Source of the DNA: Candidatus Margulisiibacteriota bacterium
GTDB taxonomy: Bacteria; Margulisbacteria; Marinamargulisbacteria; JBFWNS01
Length of the DNA stretch: 64,000 bases
NCBI GenBank assembly: GCA_050250935.1
Contig: JBFWNS010000004.1
Span: 96,001-160,000, forward strand
Reading direction: 5' to 3'
The position numbers and the translations under genes are program-made. The notes below the pieces were generated by a model. The model had not been told where the DNA came from. It made no database searches and saw only the letters and a list, made by a program, of their open reading frames with translations. Position 1 is the first letter of the stretch, and each line of letters begins with the position of its first letter. Shown here in pieces: positions 47,430 through 57,049 of this stretch.

Positions 47430-48446
47430 ATGATTTTTTCTAAACACGTTGCCCTGCCCTATCACTATATGGCCAATTCGAATGATCGACTTCTCTATGT
47501 TTTTGAGGAAGGAGACCCGCTGGTGTCGCTTCTAAGCATGGGCATTACGACCACGGCCAATCATCCGGTGATCGAAGATTTTGGATTCGCAACCCGCTGG
47601 GGAGACACCTTGGTGCTGGGGGTTTGCGATGGCATGGGAGGAAAACCCAACGGCGACAAGGCCAGCAGCTGGGCCGCCCACGACATGATGGCCCTCTTAC
47701 AGGACCCCCAATTCGCCCCAAAACCCTGGGACCTTGGACCTCAAATTTTGGAGCTGGGGCAAACCTTGATTCAGCGGTTTTTAGCCAAAGCCACTTCGCG
47801 TTGCGGCACCACCTTGTGCATGACGGTTGTGCGGGTTAACGAAGACAAAAGTATGACCCTGTATACCCTAAACTTCGGGGATTCTGGCGCCTATGTGGCA
47901 ACCCCCACCGACACCCAAACCATTAGCCTGATGAACCACAAGCCCAGTGCCCCGCGCTGCCTCGAAACCCATTCACCCGAATTTCTGCACTATTATGACG
48001 AAAACCAATTGGCCATGAGCACCATCGCCCATCCCGATGATTTACAGGACGCTTCTATCGAAACACAAATTCAATTTCGACAACGAAACCTGGTAACCAA
48101 CGCCCTCAATGGACAGGAGTCCGGCATTCCAGACGATATTCCAACCCCAATTGTGTATATCAAACACCTTCCCTATCCAGAGCTTGAAAGAGCGACCTTG
48201 TTTTGCGCCAGCGACGGCGTCTTGGACAATTTAACCCGAGACCAAATGACAGAAGCCATTAAAAAAGGAGGGGTCGATAACCTGGTCTTACAAGCCATCG
48301 AAACCTCCCAAGCCCACAACACCCGAAGCAAACGCGATGATATTTGCGTAGTAAGTTGTTTATTAGGCGTCGTCAACAAAGCCATGCGCCATAAATTCCC
48401 CCCAGGCGTTCACCCCCATGTTCTGATTGATGACTATTTCACCTAA
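47430..48446 (+). CDS. PP2C/PPM-family Ser/Thr phosphatase
   Basis: VCDGMGG, CGTT, NFGDS, ASDGVLD and DDI metal-binding motifs. Confidence 0.88.
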   Translation: MIFSKHVALPYHYMANSNDRLLYVFEEGDPLVSLLSMGITTTANHPVIEDFGFATRWGDTLVLGVCDGMGGKPNGDKASSWAAHDMMALLQDPQFAPKPWDLGPQILELGQTLIQRFLAKATSRCGTTLCMTVVRVNEDKSMTLYTLNFGDSGAYVATPTDTQTISLMNHKPSAPRCLETHSPEFLHYYDENQLAMSTIAHPDDLQDASIETQIQFRQRNLVTNALNGQESGIPDDIPTPIVYIKHLPYPELERATLFCASDGVLDNLTRDQMTEAIKKGGVDNLVLQAIETSQAHNTRSKRDDICVVSCLLGVVNKAMRHKFPPGVHPHVLIDDYFT

Positions 48447-48452
48447 CCCCAT

Positions 48453-48629
48453 ACCCCAAAAGGACGCGAGAACCCAATACAACGTTCAAACCAACGAAAA
48501 CCCATAGCCCAAACCCCAAAAGGACGTGACAACCCAATACAATGTTCAAATCGGCACAAAACCCCATTATGCGACCCCTATATTAGGACGTGAGAACCCT
48601 ATCAAAGTCCAAAACCGGTACAGAACCCC
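48453..48629. repeat. Degenerate ~60-bp tandem repeat (3 units)
   Basis: CCCC..AGGACG(C/T)GA(G/C)AACCC(A/T)AT.....(G)T(T/C)CAAA recurs, with AGGACG at 48461, 48521 and 48585. Confidence 0.7.
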
Positions 48630-48663
48630 GTAGGGCGAGGAATTTGGATTCACTCCAAATTCC
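48630..48663. repeat. REP-like palindrome
   Basis: GTAGGGCGA followed by a perfect 10-bp stem GGAATTTGGA-TTCAC-TCCAAATTCC. Confidence 0.5.
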
Positions 48664-48695
48664 GACACAAAAATGCTTGCCATTTTTGTTTACAA

Positions 48696-48742
48696 TTGAC
48701 ACTAAGTCTCAATCAAAGCTAAAATTCTGAGACTAAGTCTAA
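48696..48742 (+). promoter_or_regulatory. sigma70 promoter with two overlapping Fur-like 7-1-7 operators
   Basis: TTGACA-N18-TAAAAT; boxes TGACACT-A-AGTCTCA (48697-48711) and TGAGACT-A-AGTCTAA (48728-48742). Confidence 0.7.
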
Positions 48743-48768
48743 ATCCCATCTCAAAAAGGTATTCGTCT

Positions 48769-50934
48769 ATGACCCTTCAGAAAAAATTCTCGTCTAAAAA
48801 GGCAAAAAAACAAGGCTTGAAAGCCCTACAAACCTTTGGCTTGGCAGCCCTAACCTTCGTTGGAACCGGCACCACCGCTTGGGCGCAAGATGCCCCAAAC
48901 TCGACCCTGCCAGAAGTAACGGTAACCGGACAAAAAACTAGCCCCTACCTTCCCCCCGACACCTTGTCTTTGGGCCGTTATACCCAACCGTTGAATACAG
49001 TTCCCCAATCGGTTTCGGTTGTTCCCAAACAGGTACTGGAAGACCAACACGCCACCACCCTTAAAGACGCCATTCGCAACGTAGCAGGCATCAGCATTGC
49101 CGCCGGAGAAGGGGGTGCCCAAGGCGACAATTTTACCCTGCGTGGTTTTTCGGGGCGAAATGACATTTTCCTGGATGGCATGCGGGATTTTGGCAGTTAT
49201 TACCGAGACAGCTTTAACTATGACCACGTCGAAGCCCTAAAAGGACCCGCTTCCGTTGCCTTTGGCCGGGGCTCTACCGGTGGGGTTATCAACCAAGTCA
49301 GCAAAGAACCCGAGAAAAAAGCCCATACCGAACTTGATTTTGCTTTGGGAACTGCGAACAAAAAACGCGCAACACTGGACTACAACCAACCGCTTTCACC
49401 CGAGATCGGGTTTCGACTCAATGCCTTGGTAGACAACGGCAATGTCGATGGACGAGACGTGGTCGAAACCAAACATTATGGTTTGGCACCAACCCTTACT
49501 TTTGGGATGGGCGGCCCCACCCAATTGACCCTGTCACATTTGTACGAGCAGTCCGACGATATCCCCGACTATGGGATTCCCTGGCTTTTTAATGCCCCAG
49601 CCCCAGTAGACCGAAGCACCTATTACGGATTTAAAAGCGACTTTCTTAAAACCGTAGCGAATGTGACAACGGCAAAACTCGAGCACGAAGTTAACCCGAA
49701 CCTGAACATTAAAGACCAACTCCGCTTTGGCCGCTATACCCGAATTATGCGCGCTACCGAGCCCAAAATTGCAGGCTCCCCCACCCAAAGCACCCCCATC
49801 GACACCATCAACATTACCCGAAATGCACTCAACACCGACAGCACCGAAACCTATTTGGGCAATCAGTTCGATGTCACCACGAAATTTAAAACCTGGGACA
49901 TTGACCACACAGTGGTGGTGGGAACAGAAATTAGCAAAGAAACCTCGTCGCCGGTTCGGTATACCATTTCTGGGGTTCCAGGCACCACCCTGACTGCCCC
50001 CAACCCCAACGAAACCTTTGCAGGTACCTATGCCCCCAATACCAACACCAACGTCATCTCGGATGGCTTGGCCTTTTACGGATTGGACACCATAGCCTTT
50101 AATCCCCAATGGGAAGTGGTTCTGGGAAGCCGATGGGATCAATTTAGCACCCAATATACCCAAAACAGCACCAGCTTGTCCCAAACCGACCGGGTGACCA
50201 GCTATCGTGGGGCCATCACCTACAAACCCACCGAAGACGGCAGCATTTATGTGGGAATGGGCAATTCGTTTGACCCTTCTGCAGAGTCGCTATCCCTGTC
50301 CAGCGGCAGCGCCAACTTGGCTCCCGAACAAAACACCTCGATTGAATTGGGAACAAAATGGCAGTTTTTTAAGCGTCAATGGACCCTGCGAACCGCTATT
50401 TTTAGAACCGAAAAAACCAACGCCAGAGAAACCGATCCCAACGATTCGTCTGTGGTCACAACCACCGGGACCCAACGGGTAGACGGGTTCGAAATCGAAG
50501 GCTCTGGGGCCTTAACCAAAGCCTGGCAGTTGTCGTTTGGATACGCCTATCTTCAAAGCGCTTTGGTGAGCTCTCAACAATACCCATCTGCGGTTGGAAA
50601 CCCACTGGCCAACGTACCAGCCCATACCTTTACCCTATGGACCACCTATACCTTGCCCAGCAATTGGATTTTCGGGGCAGGTACCCAATATGTCTCTAGC
50701 CGCCGGGCCAACAGCACCAAGTCGGTATTCGACACCGTTACTGGGTTGCCAAGGGAAGTCCCCTCCTATTGGGTCTTTAATGCCATGGCCGGATATCCCA
50801 TTACCAAAAACCTGGATCTTCAGCTGAACATTAACAACATCTTTGATGTGACCTACTACGACCAGGTGCACAACGCCCACATTATTCCAGGCCAAGGTCG
50901 GTCCATTGTCTTGTCTGGTAAGTACAAATTCTAG
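48769..50934 (+). CDS. TonB-dependent siderophore receptor (Fiu/PiuA-like)
   Basis: Signal peptide, TonB box EVTVTG, plug PQSVSVV/LRGF/EALKGPAS..GRGSTGGVIN, C-terminal YKF. Confidence 0.95.
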   Translation: MTLQKKFSSKKAKKQGLKALQTFGLAALTFVGTGTTAWAQDAPNSTLPEVTVTGQKTSPYLPPDTLSLGRYTQPLNTVPQSVSVVPKQVLEDQHATTLKDAIRNVAGISIAAGEGGAQGDNFTLRGFSGRNDIFLDGMRDFGSYYRDSFNYDHVEALKGPASVAFGRGSTGGVINQVSKEPEKKAHTELDFALGTANKKRATLDYNQPLSPEIGFRLNALVDNGNVDGRDVVETKHYGLAPTLTFGMGGPTQLTLSHLYEQSDDIPDYGIPWLFNAPAPVDRSTYYGFKSDFLKTVANVTTAKLEHEVNPNLNIKDQLRFGRYTRIMRATEPKIAGSPTQSTPIDTINITRNALNTDSTETYLGNQFDVTTKFKTWDIDHTVVVGTEISKETSSPVRYTISGVPGTTLTAPNPNETFAGTYAPNTNTNVISDGLAFYGLDTIAFNPQWEVVLGSRWDQFSTQYTQNSTSLSQTDRVTSYRGAITYKPTEDGSIYVGMGNSFDPSAESLSLSSGSANLAPEQNTSIELGTKWQFFKRQWTLRTAIFRTEKTNARETDPNDSSVVTTTGTQRVDGFEIEGSGALTKAWQLSFGYAYLQSALVSSQQYPSAVGNPLANVPAHTFTLWTTYTLPSNWIFGAGTQYVSSRRANSTKSVFDTVTGLPREVPSYWVFNAMAGYPITKNLDLQLNINNIFDVTYYDQVHNAHIIPGQGRSIVLSGKYKF

Positions 50935-50946
50935 GATAATCCTTTT

Positions 50947-51627
50947 ATGATTCTAAGCATTCCAGATGTCTTAACCCCAGACCAAGTTGCAGCTGCAAAA
51001 CAACGCCTCGACCAAGCCGATTGGGTGGATGGGAAGGTCACAGCGGGTTATCAGTCGGCCAAAGCCAAAAACAACAGCCAAATTCCCGAAAACCACCCCA
51101 TTGCCCGGGAAGTCGGCGATTTAATTTTGTCGGCATTGGAAAAAAACCCGCTGTTTATTTCCGCCGCCCTGCCAGCCAAGGTTTTTCCCCCATTGTTTAA
51201 CCGCTACGAAGGGGCCCAATCCTTTGGCACCCACGTGGACAACGCCATTCGACAAATTCCTGGAACCCCTGTTCGCATTCGAACCGATTTGTCTTGCACC
51301 CTGTTTTTTACAGGGCCAGACGACTACGACGGCGGCGAGCTTTGCATCGAAGATGTCTATGGGGTTCAACGCGTCAAACTGCCCGCTGGGCACATGATTT
51401 TGTATCCCTCCACCAGTTTGCACCACGTCACCCCCGTCACACGGGGAACTCGGCTCTGTTCCTTTTTCTGGCTTCAAAGTATGATTCGCCATGATGCCCA
51501 TCGCACCCTGCTTTTCGACTTGGACGCCACGATTCAAAATCTGAGTCGTGAACATCCCGAAGAGCCCCATTCGGTGCAATTAACCGGCATCTATCACAAC
51601 CTTCTAAGAGAGTGGGCTGAACCCTAA
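50947..51627 (+). CDS. piuC: PKHD-type Fe(II)/2OG hydroxylase PiuC/YbiX
   Basis: [37 protein letters not shown]. Confidence 0.96.
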   Translation: MILSIPDVLTPDQVAAAKQRLDQADWVDGKVTAGYQSAKAKNNSQIPENHPIAREVGDLILSALEKNPLFISAALPAKVFPPLFNRYEGAQSFGTHVDNAIRQIPGTPVRIRTDLSCTLFFTGPDDYDGGELCIEDVYGVQRVKLPAGHMILYPSTSLHHVTPVTRGTRLCSFFWLQSMIRHDAHRTLLFDLDATIQNLSREHPEEPHSVQLTGIYHNLLREWAEP

Positions 51628-52664
51628 TGACCTTTCGCCGCAGCATTTTTTGGATCCATCTAACCCTTGGGGTTATTCTGGGTCTGGCCATTGCTTTGAT
51701 ATCGTTAACCGGTGCCTTATTAGCCTTTAAACAGCCCGTATTAAGCCTATCTGAACGCAAGGTTCAAACGGTGGTTGTTCCAGCAGCTGGAACCACACTT
51801 GATCTCAATAAATTGGCCCCGAAAAAAGCCACAGCCATCCAACTTTATTCGGACCCTTCCCGATCTATCAAAGTCACCGTTGGCCGGAACAAAGAACGGT
51901 TCTATCTGAATCCCTATTCCGGAGAAATCGTGGGAAAAGCCTCCAAACTAGACCGCATTTTCCAGCAAATTGAAGGGCTTCACCGCTGGTTTGGCATCGA
52001 AGGCCCCCTAAAACCCTTGGCCGCCCAGATCAAGGCTCTGGTGACGGTATTGTTTGTGCTGATGATTGTTTCTGGCTTCTATTTGTGGTGGAAAAGCAAA
52101 AATCTGTGGTTATCGAACCGAAAACCCGGTCTAAAACACAAATCAACCTCTTGGCACCAACACGCAGCCATTGGGTTTTGGAGCTCGCCATTTTTATTGG
52201 TCATTTGTTTAACCGGATTGGTCTTGTCGTCCGCACAACCCCAACCCAATGCCCCACAATCCCCCAAATCCAAAGCCCACACAAAAACCAAACGTCCCGA
52301 TCTAGACGCGGCTGTAAACCTGGCCAAAACCAAGGTTCCCAACTGGAAATCCATCACAGTTCGGATGGGCAGAGGCCCCTTAACCGTTTTTGTTGAAGAA
52401 ACCACCAACAGCCCCTTTCCAAAACGCTCTAAATTAACCTTGAAACCCTCGGGCGAAGTGCTACGATGGGAACCGGCTTCCAGCCAAAATCGGTCTCAGC
52501 GATTGATGGTGGTCTCTCGGTATTTGCATACTGGCGAAGCCGGAGGTCTTGTGGGAGAAACCTTGGCCTTTTTAGCCGCTCTCGCTGCTGTAGTGTTGGT
52601 TTGGACAGGCTTTGTAATGGCCTGGCAACGGTTTTTAAAAACAATCACCCAAAGGAGTACCTAG
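51627..52664 (+). CDS. PepSY-associated TM helix protein (PiuB-like)
   Basis: FWIHLTLG, YLNPYSGEI, LHRW, SGFYLWW, H..IGFW, LHTGE. Confidence 0.9.
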   Translation: MTFRRSIFWIHLTLGVILGLAIALISLTGALLAFKQPVLSLSERKVQTVVVPAAGTTLDLNKLAPKKATAIQLYSDPSRSIKVTVGRNKERFYLNPYSGEIVGKASKLDRIFQQIEGLHRWFGIEGPLKPLAAQIKALVTVLFVLMIVSGFYLWWKSKNLWLSNRKPGLKHKSTSWHQHAAIGFWSSPFLLVICLTGLVLSSAQPQPNAPQSPKSKAHTKTKRPDLDAAVNLAKTKVPNWKSITVRMGRGPLTVFVEETTNSPFPKRSKLTLKPSGEVLRWEPASSQNRSQRLMVVSRYLHTGEAGGLVGETLAFLAALAAVVLVWTGFVMAWQRFLKTITQRST

Positions 52665-52668
52665 ACCC

Positions 52669-53268
52669 ATGTTATTCGATTTTTTCCACCGGGGTGGACC
52701 GGTGATGTGGCCCCTGTTGTTAACCTCTATTATTGCCCTGGCTGTTGTGGTCGAACGGTTGTTGTTTATTCTAAAAGAAAACCGGCTTCGCAATCCCCAA
52801 GCAGTTCAAACCATTTTGACCCACGTTGAAAAAGGCAATATTCCTGCGGCCATCCAAGAAGGGGAAGGCAGCGAGGATTTTGTCGCGAAAACCTTAACCT
52901 ATGCTTTAACCCACAACGAAACCTCTTTTTCCAATGCCTTGCTCTTGGCCGCCAATCAAGCCTTGCAGCCGTTTAACCGTGGTCTGGCCGTTTTGGATAC
53001 CATCATTACCCTTGCCCCGCTGTTGGGGCTCTTTGGCACGGTTACCGGGATGATCCACGCTTTCGGGCTCTTGGGCAACAAAGGCTTGGAAGCCCCCACC
53101 GTGATTACCGGCGGGATTGCCGAAGCGTTGATCGCCACAGCCTTTGGGTTGGTCATCGCCATTATCTCGTTGATTCCGTTTAACTATCTGACCAACCGTC
53201 TTGAAATTGCCAGACGCGAAATCGAAGACGCAGCAACCTATCTTGAATTGATAATTTTAAAACAATGA
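52669..53268 (+). CDS. exbB: MotA/TolQ/ExbB proton channel
   Basis: GGPVMWPL, APLLGLFGTVTGMI, GIAEALIATAFGL. Confidence 0.95.
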   Translation: MLFDFFHRGGPVMWPLLLTSIIALAVVVERLLFILKENRLRNPQAVQTILTHVEKGNIPAAIQEGEGSEDFVAKTLTYALTHNETSFSNALLLAANQALQPFNRGLAVLDTIITLAPLLGLFGTVTGMIHAFGLLGNKGLEAPTVITGGIAEALIATAFGLVIAIISLIPFNYLTNRLEIARREIEDAATYLELIILKQ

Positions 53269-53672
53269 AAATTCCTTCCCCACAAACCCGAAAAAAAGCC
53301 CGCATCGAAATCATTCCTTTGATTGATATTGTCTTTTTTCTGTTGGCCACCTTTGTGATGGTCTCGATGGCCATGGTCAAAAACCAAGGGGTTCCGGTTC
53401 AATTGCCAACAGCCAAATCGGCCAAGGCCCAACCGCAACACCAAACCGTTACTCTAAGCATTACGGCCTCTGGAACGGTCTATTTGAACAAAACACAGGT
53501 CTCTATGCCCGTGCTTCAAGAAACCCTAACCCGGCTTAAAAACGAGGATCCTGGACTCAACGTCATCATCAACGGCGATAAAGACGCCAACCTTGGAAAA
53601 ACCATCCGCATTTTGGATGCCGTTCGACAATTGGGCATCTCGAAAGTGGCCATTCGCACCCAATCCTCATGA
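53265..53672 (+). CDS. exbD: Biopolymer transport protein ExbD
   Basis: IEIIPLIDIVFFLLATFVM, VQLP, INGDK. Confidence 0.95.
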   Translation: MKIPSPQTRKKARIEIIPLIDIVFFLLATFVMVSMAMVKNQGVPVQLPTAKSAKAQPQHQTVTLSITASGTVYLNKTQVSMPVLQETLTRLKNEDPGLNVIINGDKDANLGKTIRILDAVRQLGISKVAIRTQSS

Positions 53673-54379
53673 GCAATTTTAAGCTTGGGCTGGTCACCTC
53701 CATTGCCCTGCATCTTTTATTGTTTGGGGTTCTAAGCATCAGCCAGGTTACGCCACCCAAATTTGGGGTTAAGGCGTCTACTGTGAATGCCCCAGTCAGT
53801 GTTGCCCTGGTCGGACCGGCACCCACCAATCCCAGTGCTCGTATCGTTCCAAAAACGGTCCAAAAAAGAACCCCTACCCCACCCGAGCAACCCAAACCCA
53901 AGCCGGTAACTGAACCCAAATCCGAAACCATCCCCCTCAAAACAGAGGCCGTTGTTCCCCAACCGCCATCCAAACCCCAAGTGGAAACACCAGCAGCCTC
54001 CGAAACCCCACGCCAACCCCAACCTCGTCCAGCGGCAACAACGCCTGTCGAAACAACCACAGCCCATGCCCCACCCGCCAGCGAGGGCACTGGTACCGCC
54101 ATTGTGCCAGCCGAACCCAGCTATTTGGAAAACCCTGCCCCCAGCTATCCAGCAGCAGCCCGTCGCAGGGGGCTAGAAGGCTTGGTCCTGTTGCAAGTCG
54201 ACGTTAACACGTCGGGAAGAGCAACTTCAGTCTCGCTGAAAAAAAGCTCGGGTCATGGCATTTTGGATGAAGCAGCCATACGCGCGGTTAAAACCTGGAT
54301 CTTCAAACCTGCCATGCGGGGGCGAACACCCATCGACTGCACGGTGGACGTTCCCATTCGGTTCCAGCTCGAAGACTAG
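53669..54379 (+). CDS. tonB: Energy transducer TonB
   Basis: TM with SIALH, Pro-rich linker, C-terminal YPAAARRRGLEG...SSGHGILDEAA...W.FKPA. Confidence 0.95.
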   Translation: MSNFKLGLVTSIALHLLLFGVLSISQVTPPKFGVKASTVNAPVSVALVGPAPTNPSARIVPKTVQKRTPTPPEQPKPKPVTEPKSETIPLKTEAVVPQPPSKPQVETPAASETPRQPQPRPAATTPVETTTAHAPPASEGTGTAIVPAEPSYLENPAPSYPAAARRRGLEGLVLLQVDVNTSGRATSVSLKKSSGHGILDEAAIRAVKTWIFKPAMRGRTPIDCTVDVPIRFQLED

Positions 54380-54388
54380 GGCTTTTTG

Positions 54389-56209
54389 TTAAACCGACAA
54401 CATCGTGTTGAGTTCCATCAACAAGACCTTCATGTTGAACGGTTTTAAGATAAACGGCTTGCCTTTGTGCAATGTTTCGTCGAATCCGGCATGATCTTGA
54501 GCCGGTAAGCCGCTCATCATCAACACGGGCAATGGGGTTTCGGAAGCTTGAATCGCCGAAACCAGTTCAAAGCCACTGACCACTGGCATATCCAAATCGA
54601 CAATAACCGCTTGGAAATCCCCGTTTTTCAGCAAGTCCATCACCGATTCCGGCTCTTTGGTAATGGTGACTCGGAAATCTTGCTTTTCCAAAATGTTTTT
54701 ACACAGGGCCAAAATGAAACTGTCGTCGTCCACCACCAAAATATGCTGGCCGGTGCCTTTAATAATCATGCGGTCTTCGATAGGTAGATCGGTATCTTCA
54801 TCGGGGTCCAAGGCCGGCAAATACAACTGAAACTCTGTACCCAGCCCTGGCGTGCTTTTAACCTCTAAAAAGCCCTGATGTTTTCGAATAATCATCAGGC
54901 TGGTGGCAAGGCCCAAACCGGTTCCATTGGCACTGTCTTTGGTGGTAAAAAAGGGATCAAACATCTTCGTTAACACTTCGGTATTCATGCCCAAACCCGT
55001 ATCTTGAATTTTAACCCCAACATAATTGCCAGGGGTAATAATATCCCCATTGGCCAAGCGATAGTCACCTTCCACCGTGACATTGGACCCAGACAAAGTC
55101 AGGCTTCCGCCATTGGGCATGGCATCTCGGGCATTAATACAGAGATTAAAAATAACCTGATGAATCTGGGTTAAATCGCCACTTAAATCCCAAAGCTGCT
55201 CGTTGACCTCTTGGGAAATCACAATCGATTTGGGAAAAGTCTCTTTGGTTAACATCATAATTTCCGAAAACAGCTGCTTAATGTTGATGCGGCTGATCGA
55301 AATATCCGACCCTTTCGCAAAGGCCAAAATTTGTTTGATGAGGTTCGCCCCCCGTTTCGCGGAAGATTCTAAAATTCGATACACCGATTGGGCTTCATCA
55401 TCATCGGGATCAAATTTTTCCCGCAAGGGATGAAGGGCCATAAAAAAAGGTGCCAAAATGTTATTCAAATCGTGGGTCAGTCCACTGGCCAATAACCCAA
55501 TACTTTCCAATCGGGCCGATCGATAGACGTTAAATTCGAGAATTTTTTGTTCGGTAACATCCCGATTAATCACCATCACGGCAGAGCGGCCATCAAAATC
55601 GGGAAGCCGCATCCATTGGGTTTCGACAATGACAAATTGTCCCAACCGATTCAATTGCGTCCATTGGCCTGTCCAAAACCCCGTTTCTAAAAGGGCTAAT
55701 TCGACATCTTGCAACAACCCAACATCTTCCAAACGAAACACCAAATGATCGATGGGTTTTTGCAAAACATCTTCTTTTAACCAACCAAACAGCGTTTCGG
55801 CTGGCTTGTTCCAATCCAAAACCGACCCGGTTTTAAGCTCGCGAATATAGACCGCATCGGTAGTATTGGCCAAAAACCAATCCGCAAAGTTCCTGGAAAT
55901 GGACTCGGCCTTTAAAGCAGGGGCAGGCTTGGGCATTGAAACCGGTGGCACAGAAACAGAAGGCAAAGAAACAGAGGGGGTCATCAACACCCCAGAACCC
56001 GAATTGGGATGGGCCAACAAGGGTTCTACTATCAGTTCCAAATCCACAATCTGTTGTTCGACAGACTGGGAATACTGGGCAATTTCCTTATGCAGAGACG
56101 AAAAAGACTGGGAAAACGTTGACCCAGGGCTTACATCTTGCGAGGACTTGGTGTCGCGTTGGAAGTTCACAGGCCGAACCCTTTCCCAAACGGGATAACC
56201 CCTACACAC
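54389..56209 (-). CDS. Cytoplasmic PAS hybrid histidine kinase/receiver
   Basis: PAS (WNKPAETLFGW), H-box HDLNN, N-box NLCINARDAM, DTGLG, FDPFFTTK, GTGLGL, receiver VVDDD/DLDMP/KPF. Start uncertain. Confidence 0.93.
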   Translation of the reverse strand: MCRGYPVWERVRPVNFQRDTKSSQDVSPGSTFSQSFSSLHKEIAQYSQSVEQQIVDLELIVEPLLAHPNSGSGVLMTPSVSLPSVSVPPVSMPKPAPALKAESISRNFADWFLANTTDAVYIRELKTGSVLDWNKPAETLFGWLKEDVLQKPIDHLVFRLEDVGLLQDVELALLETGFWTGQWTQLNRLGQFVIVETQWMRLPDFDGRSAVMVINRDVTEQKILEFNVYRSARLESIGLLASGLTHDLNNILAPFFMALHPLREKFDPDDDEAQSVYRILESSAKRGANLIKQILAFAKGSDISISRINIKQLFSEIMMLTKETFPKSIVISQEVNEQLWDLSGDLTQIHQVIFNLCINARDAMPNGGSLTLSGSNVTVEGDYRLANGDIITPGNYVGVKIQDTGLGMNTEVLTKMFDPFFTTKDSANGTGLGLATSLMIIRKHQGFLEVKSTPGLGTEFQLYLPALDPDEDTDLPIEDRMIIKGTGQHILVVDDDSFILALCKNILEKQDFRVTITKEPESVMDLLKNGDFQAVIVDLDMPVVSGFELVSAIQASETPLPVLMMSGLPAQDHAGFDETLHKGKPFILKPFNMKVLLMELNTMLSV

Positions 56210-56347
56210 GGATCTGCAGTTTCATTCGGGGAAAACAATACCAACTATGTATAGCACAGAACATGTCGTATTTATAGGGGGCGAAACCAAGGTCGAAACC
56301 AGCCTTTGTTTTTGTGCTTCTCCCTGGGTCTGTGTTATAACCTACAC

Positions 56348-56734
56348 ATGCTTCCGAAATTGGCCAAAAATGTTCTGGGAAAACCCCTTCGGGTGTGCAG
56401 CATGGACCCGGTGACCGGTTTTTTTCGAACGGGCTGCTGCGAAACCTCTGAAGACGACTTGGGAATTCACACCATTTGTGTGGTTGTGACCACCGATTTT
56501 CTGACCTTTTCCAAACAAATGGGCAACGATTTAAGCACACCAAGACCCGAATTCGATTTTACTGGCCTCCAAGACGGAGACCGCTGGTGTTTGTGCCTGC
56601 CCCGTTGGATCGAAGCCAAAGACGCCGGAATGGCCCCCAAAGTGGTGCTGGGCGCAACACATGAATCTGTATTAGACTTTGTAGACCTTGAAGAACTTCG
56701 ACCCTTTGCAATCGACAATGTTACCCACCCATAA
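56348..56734 (+). CDS. DUF2237-family protein
   Basis: NVLGKPL..CS.DP.TGFFR.GCC, GNDLSTP, GDRWCLC..RW; start corrected to ATG 56348. Confidence 0.92.
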   Translation: MLPKLAKNVLGKPLRVCSMDPVTGFFRTGCCETSEDDLGIHTICVVVTTDFLTFSKQMGNDLSTPRPEFDFTGLQDGDRWCLCLPRWIEAKDAGMAPKVVLGATHESVLDFVDLEELRPFAIDNVTHP

Positions 56735-56746
56735 AGGACCTGCACA

Positions 56747-57049
56747 ATGAAACTTGGTTTTTGGATGTTATTGGCTTGCTTGCTTTTTACCCCCATTTTT
56801 GCCGACACCCAAGGCGCCTATTACACGGATATTTTGACTCCGGTTTCAACCCCAACCGAAAACATCGCCTACATGCGAAAAGCCGAAGGCTCTGTAACCT
56901 CGCTGTTGGGACTCTTTGCCTTTGGCGATGCCAGTACAGATTCGCTGATGAAAAAAGCCAATATTCGGTCTGTACGCTACATCCAAAAGCGAACCACCTC
57001 GTTTTTGTTGTTGTTCACCACAGACACCTATACCGTTTATGGGGAATAA
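56747..57049 (+). CDS. TRL-like family small exported protein
   Basis: Signal peptide; SLLGLFAFGDAS...T.VYGE pattern. Confidence 0.75.
   Translation: MKLGFWMLLACLLFTPIFADTQGAYYTDILTPVSTPTENIAYMRKAEGSVTSLLGLFAFGDASTDSLMKKANIRSVRYIQKRTTSFLLLFTTDTYTVYGE

Noticed and set aside
48453..48629. Possible CRISPR mini-array (~38-bp repeat with ~22-bp spacers)
   Set aside because: Repeats are degenerate, the spacers resemble each other, there are only three units and no cas genes; better explained as a tandem repeat.
56924..56951. Fluoride-riboswitch-like words GGCGATG...GCTGATGA upstream of the CLC gene
   Set aside because: They lie inside the TRL-like CDS and lack the P1 stem and pseudoknot complementarity.
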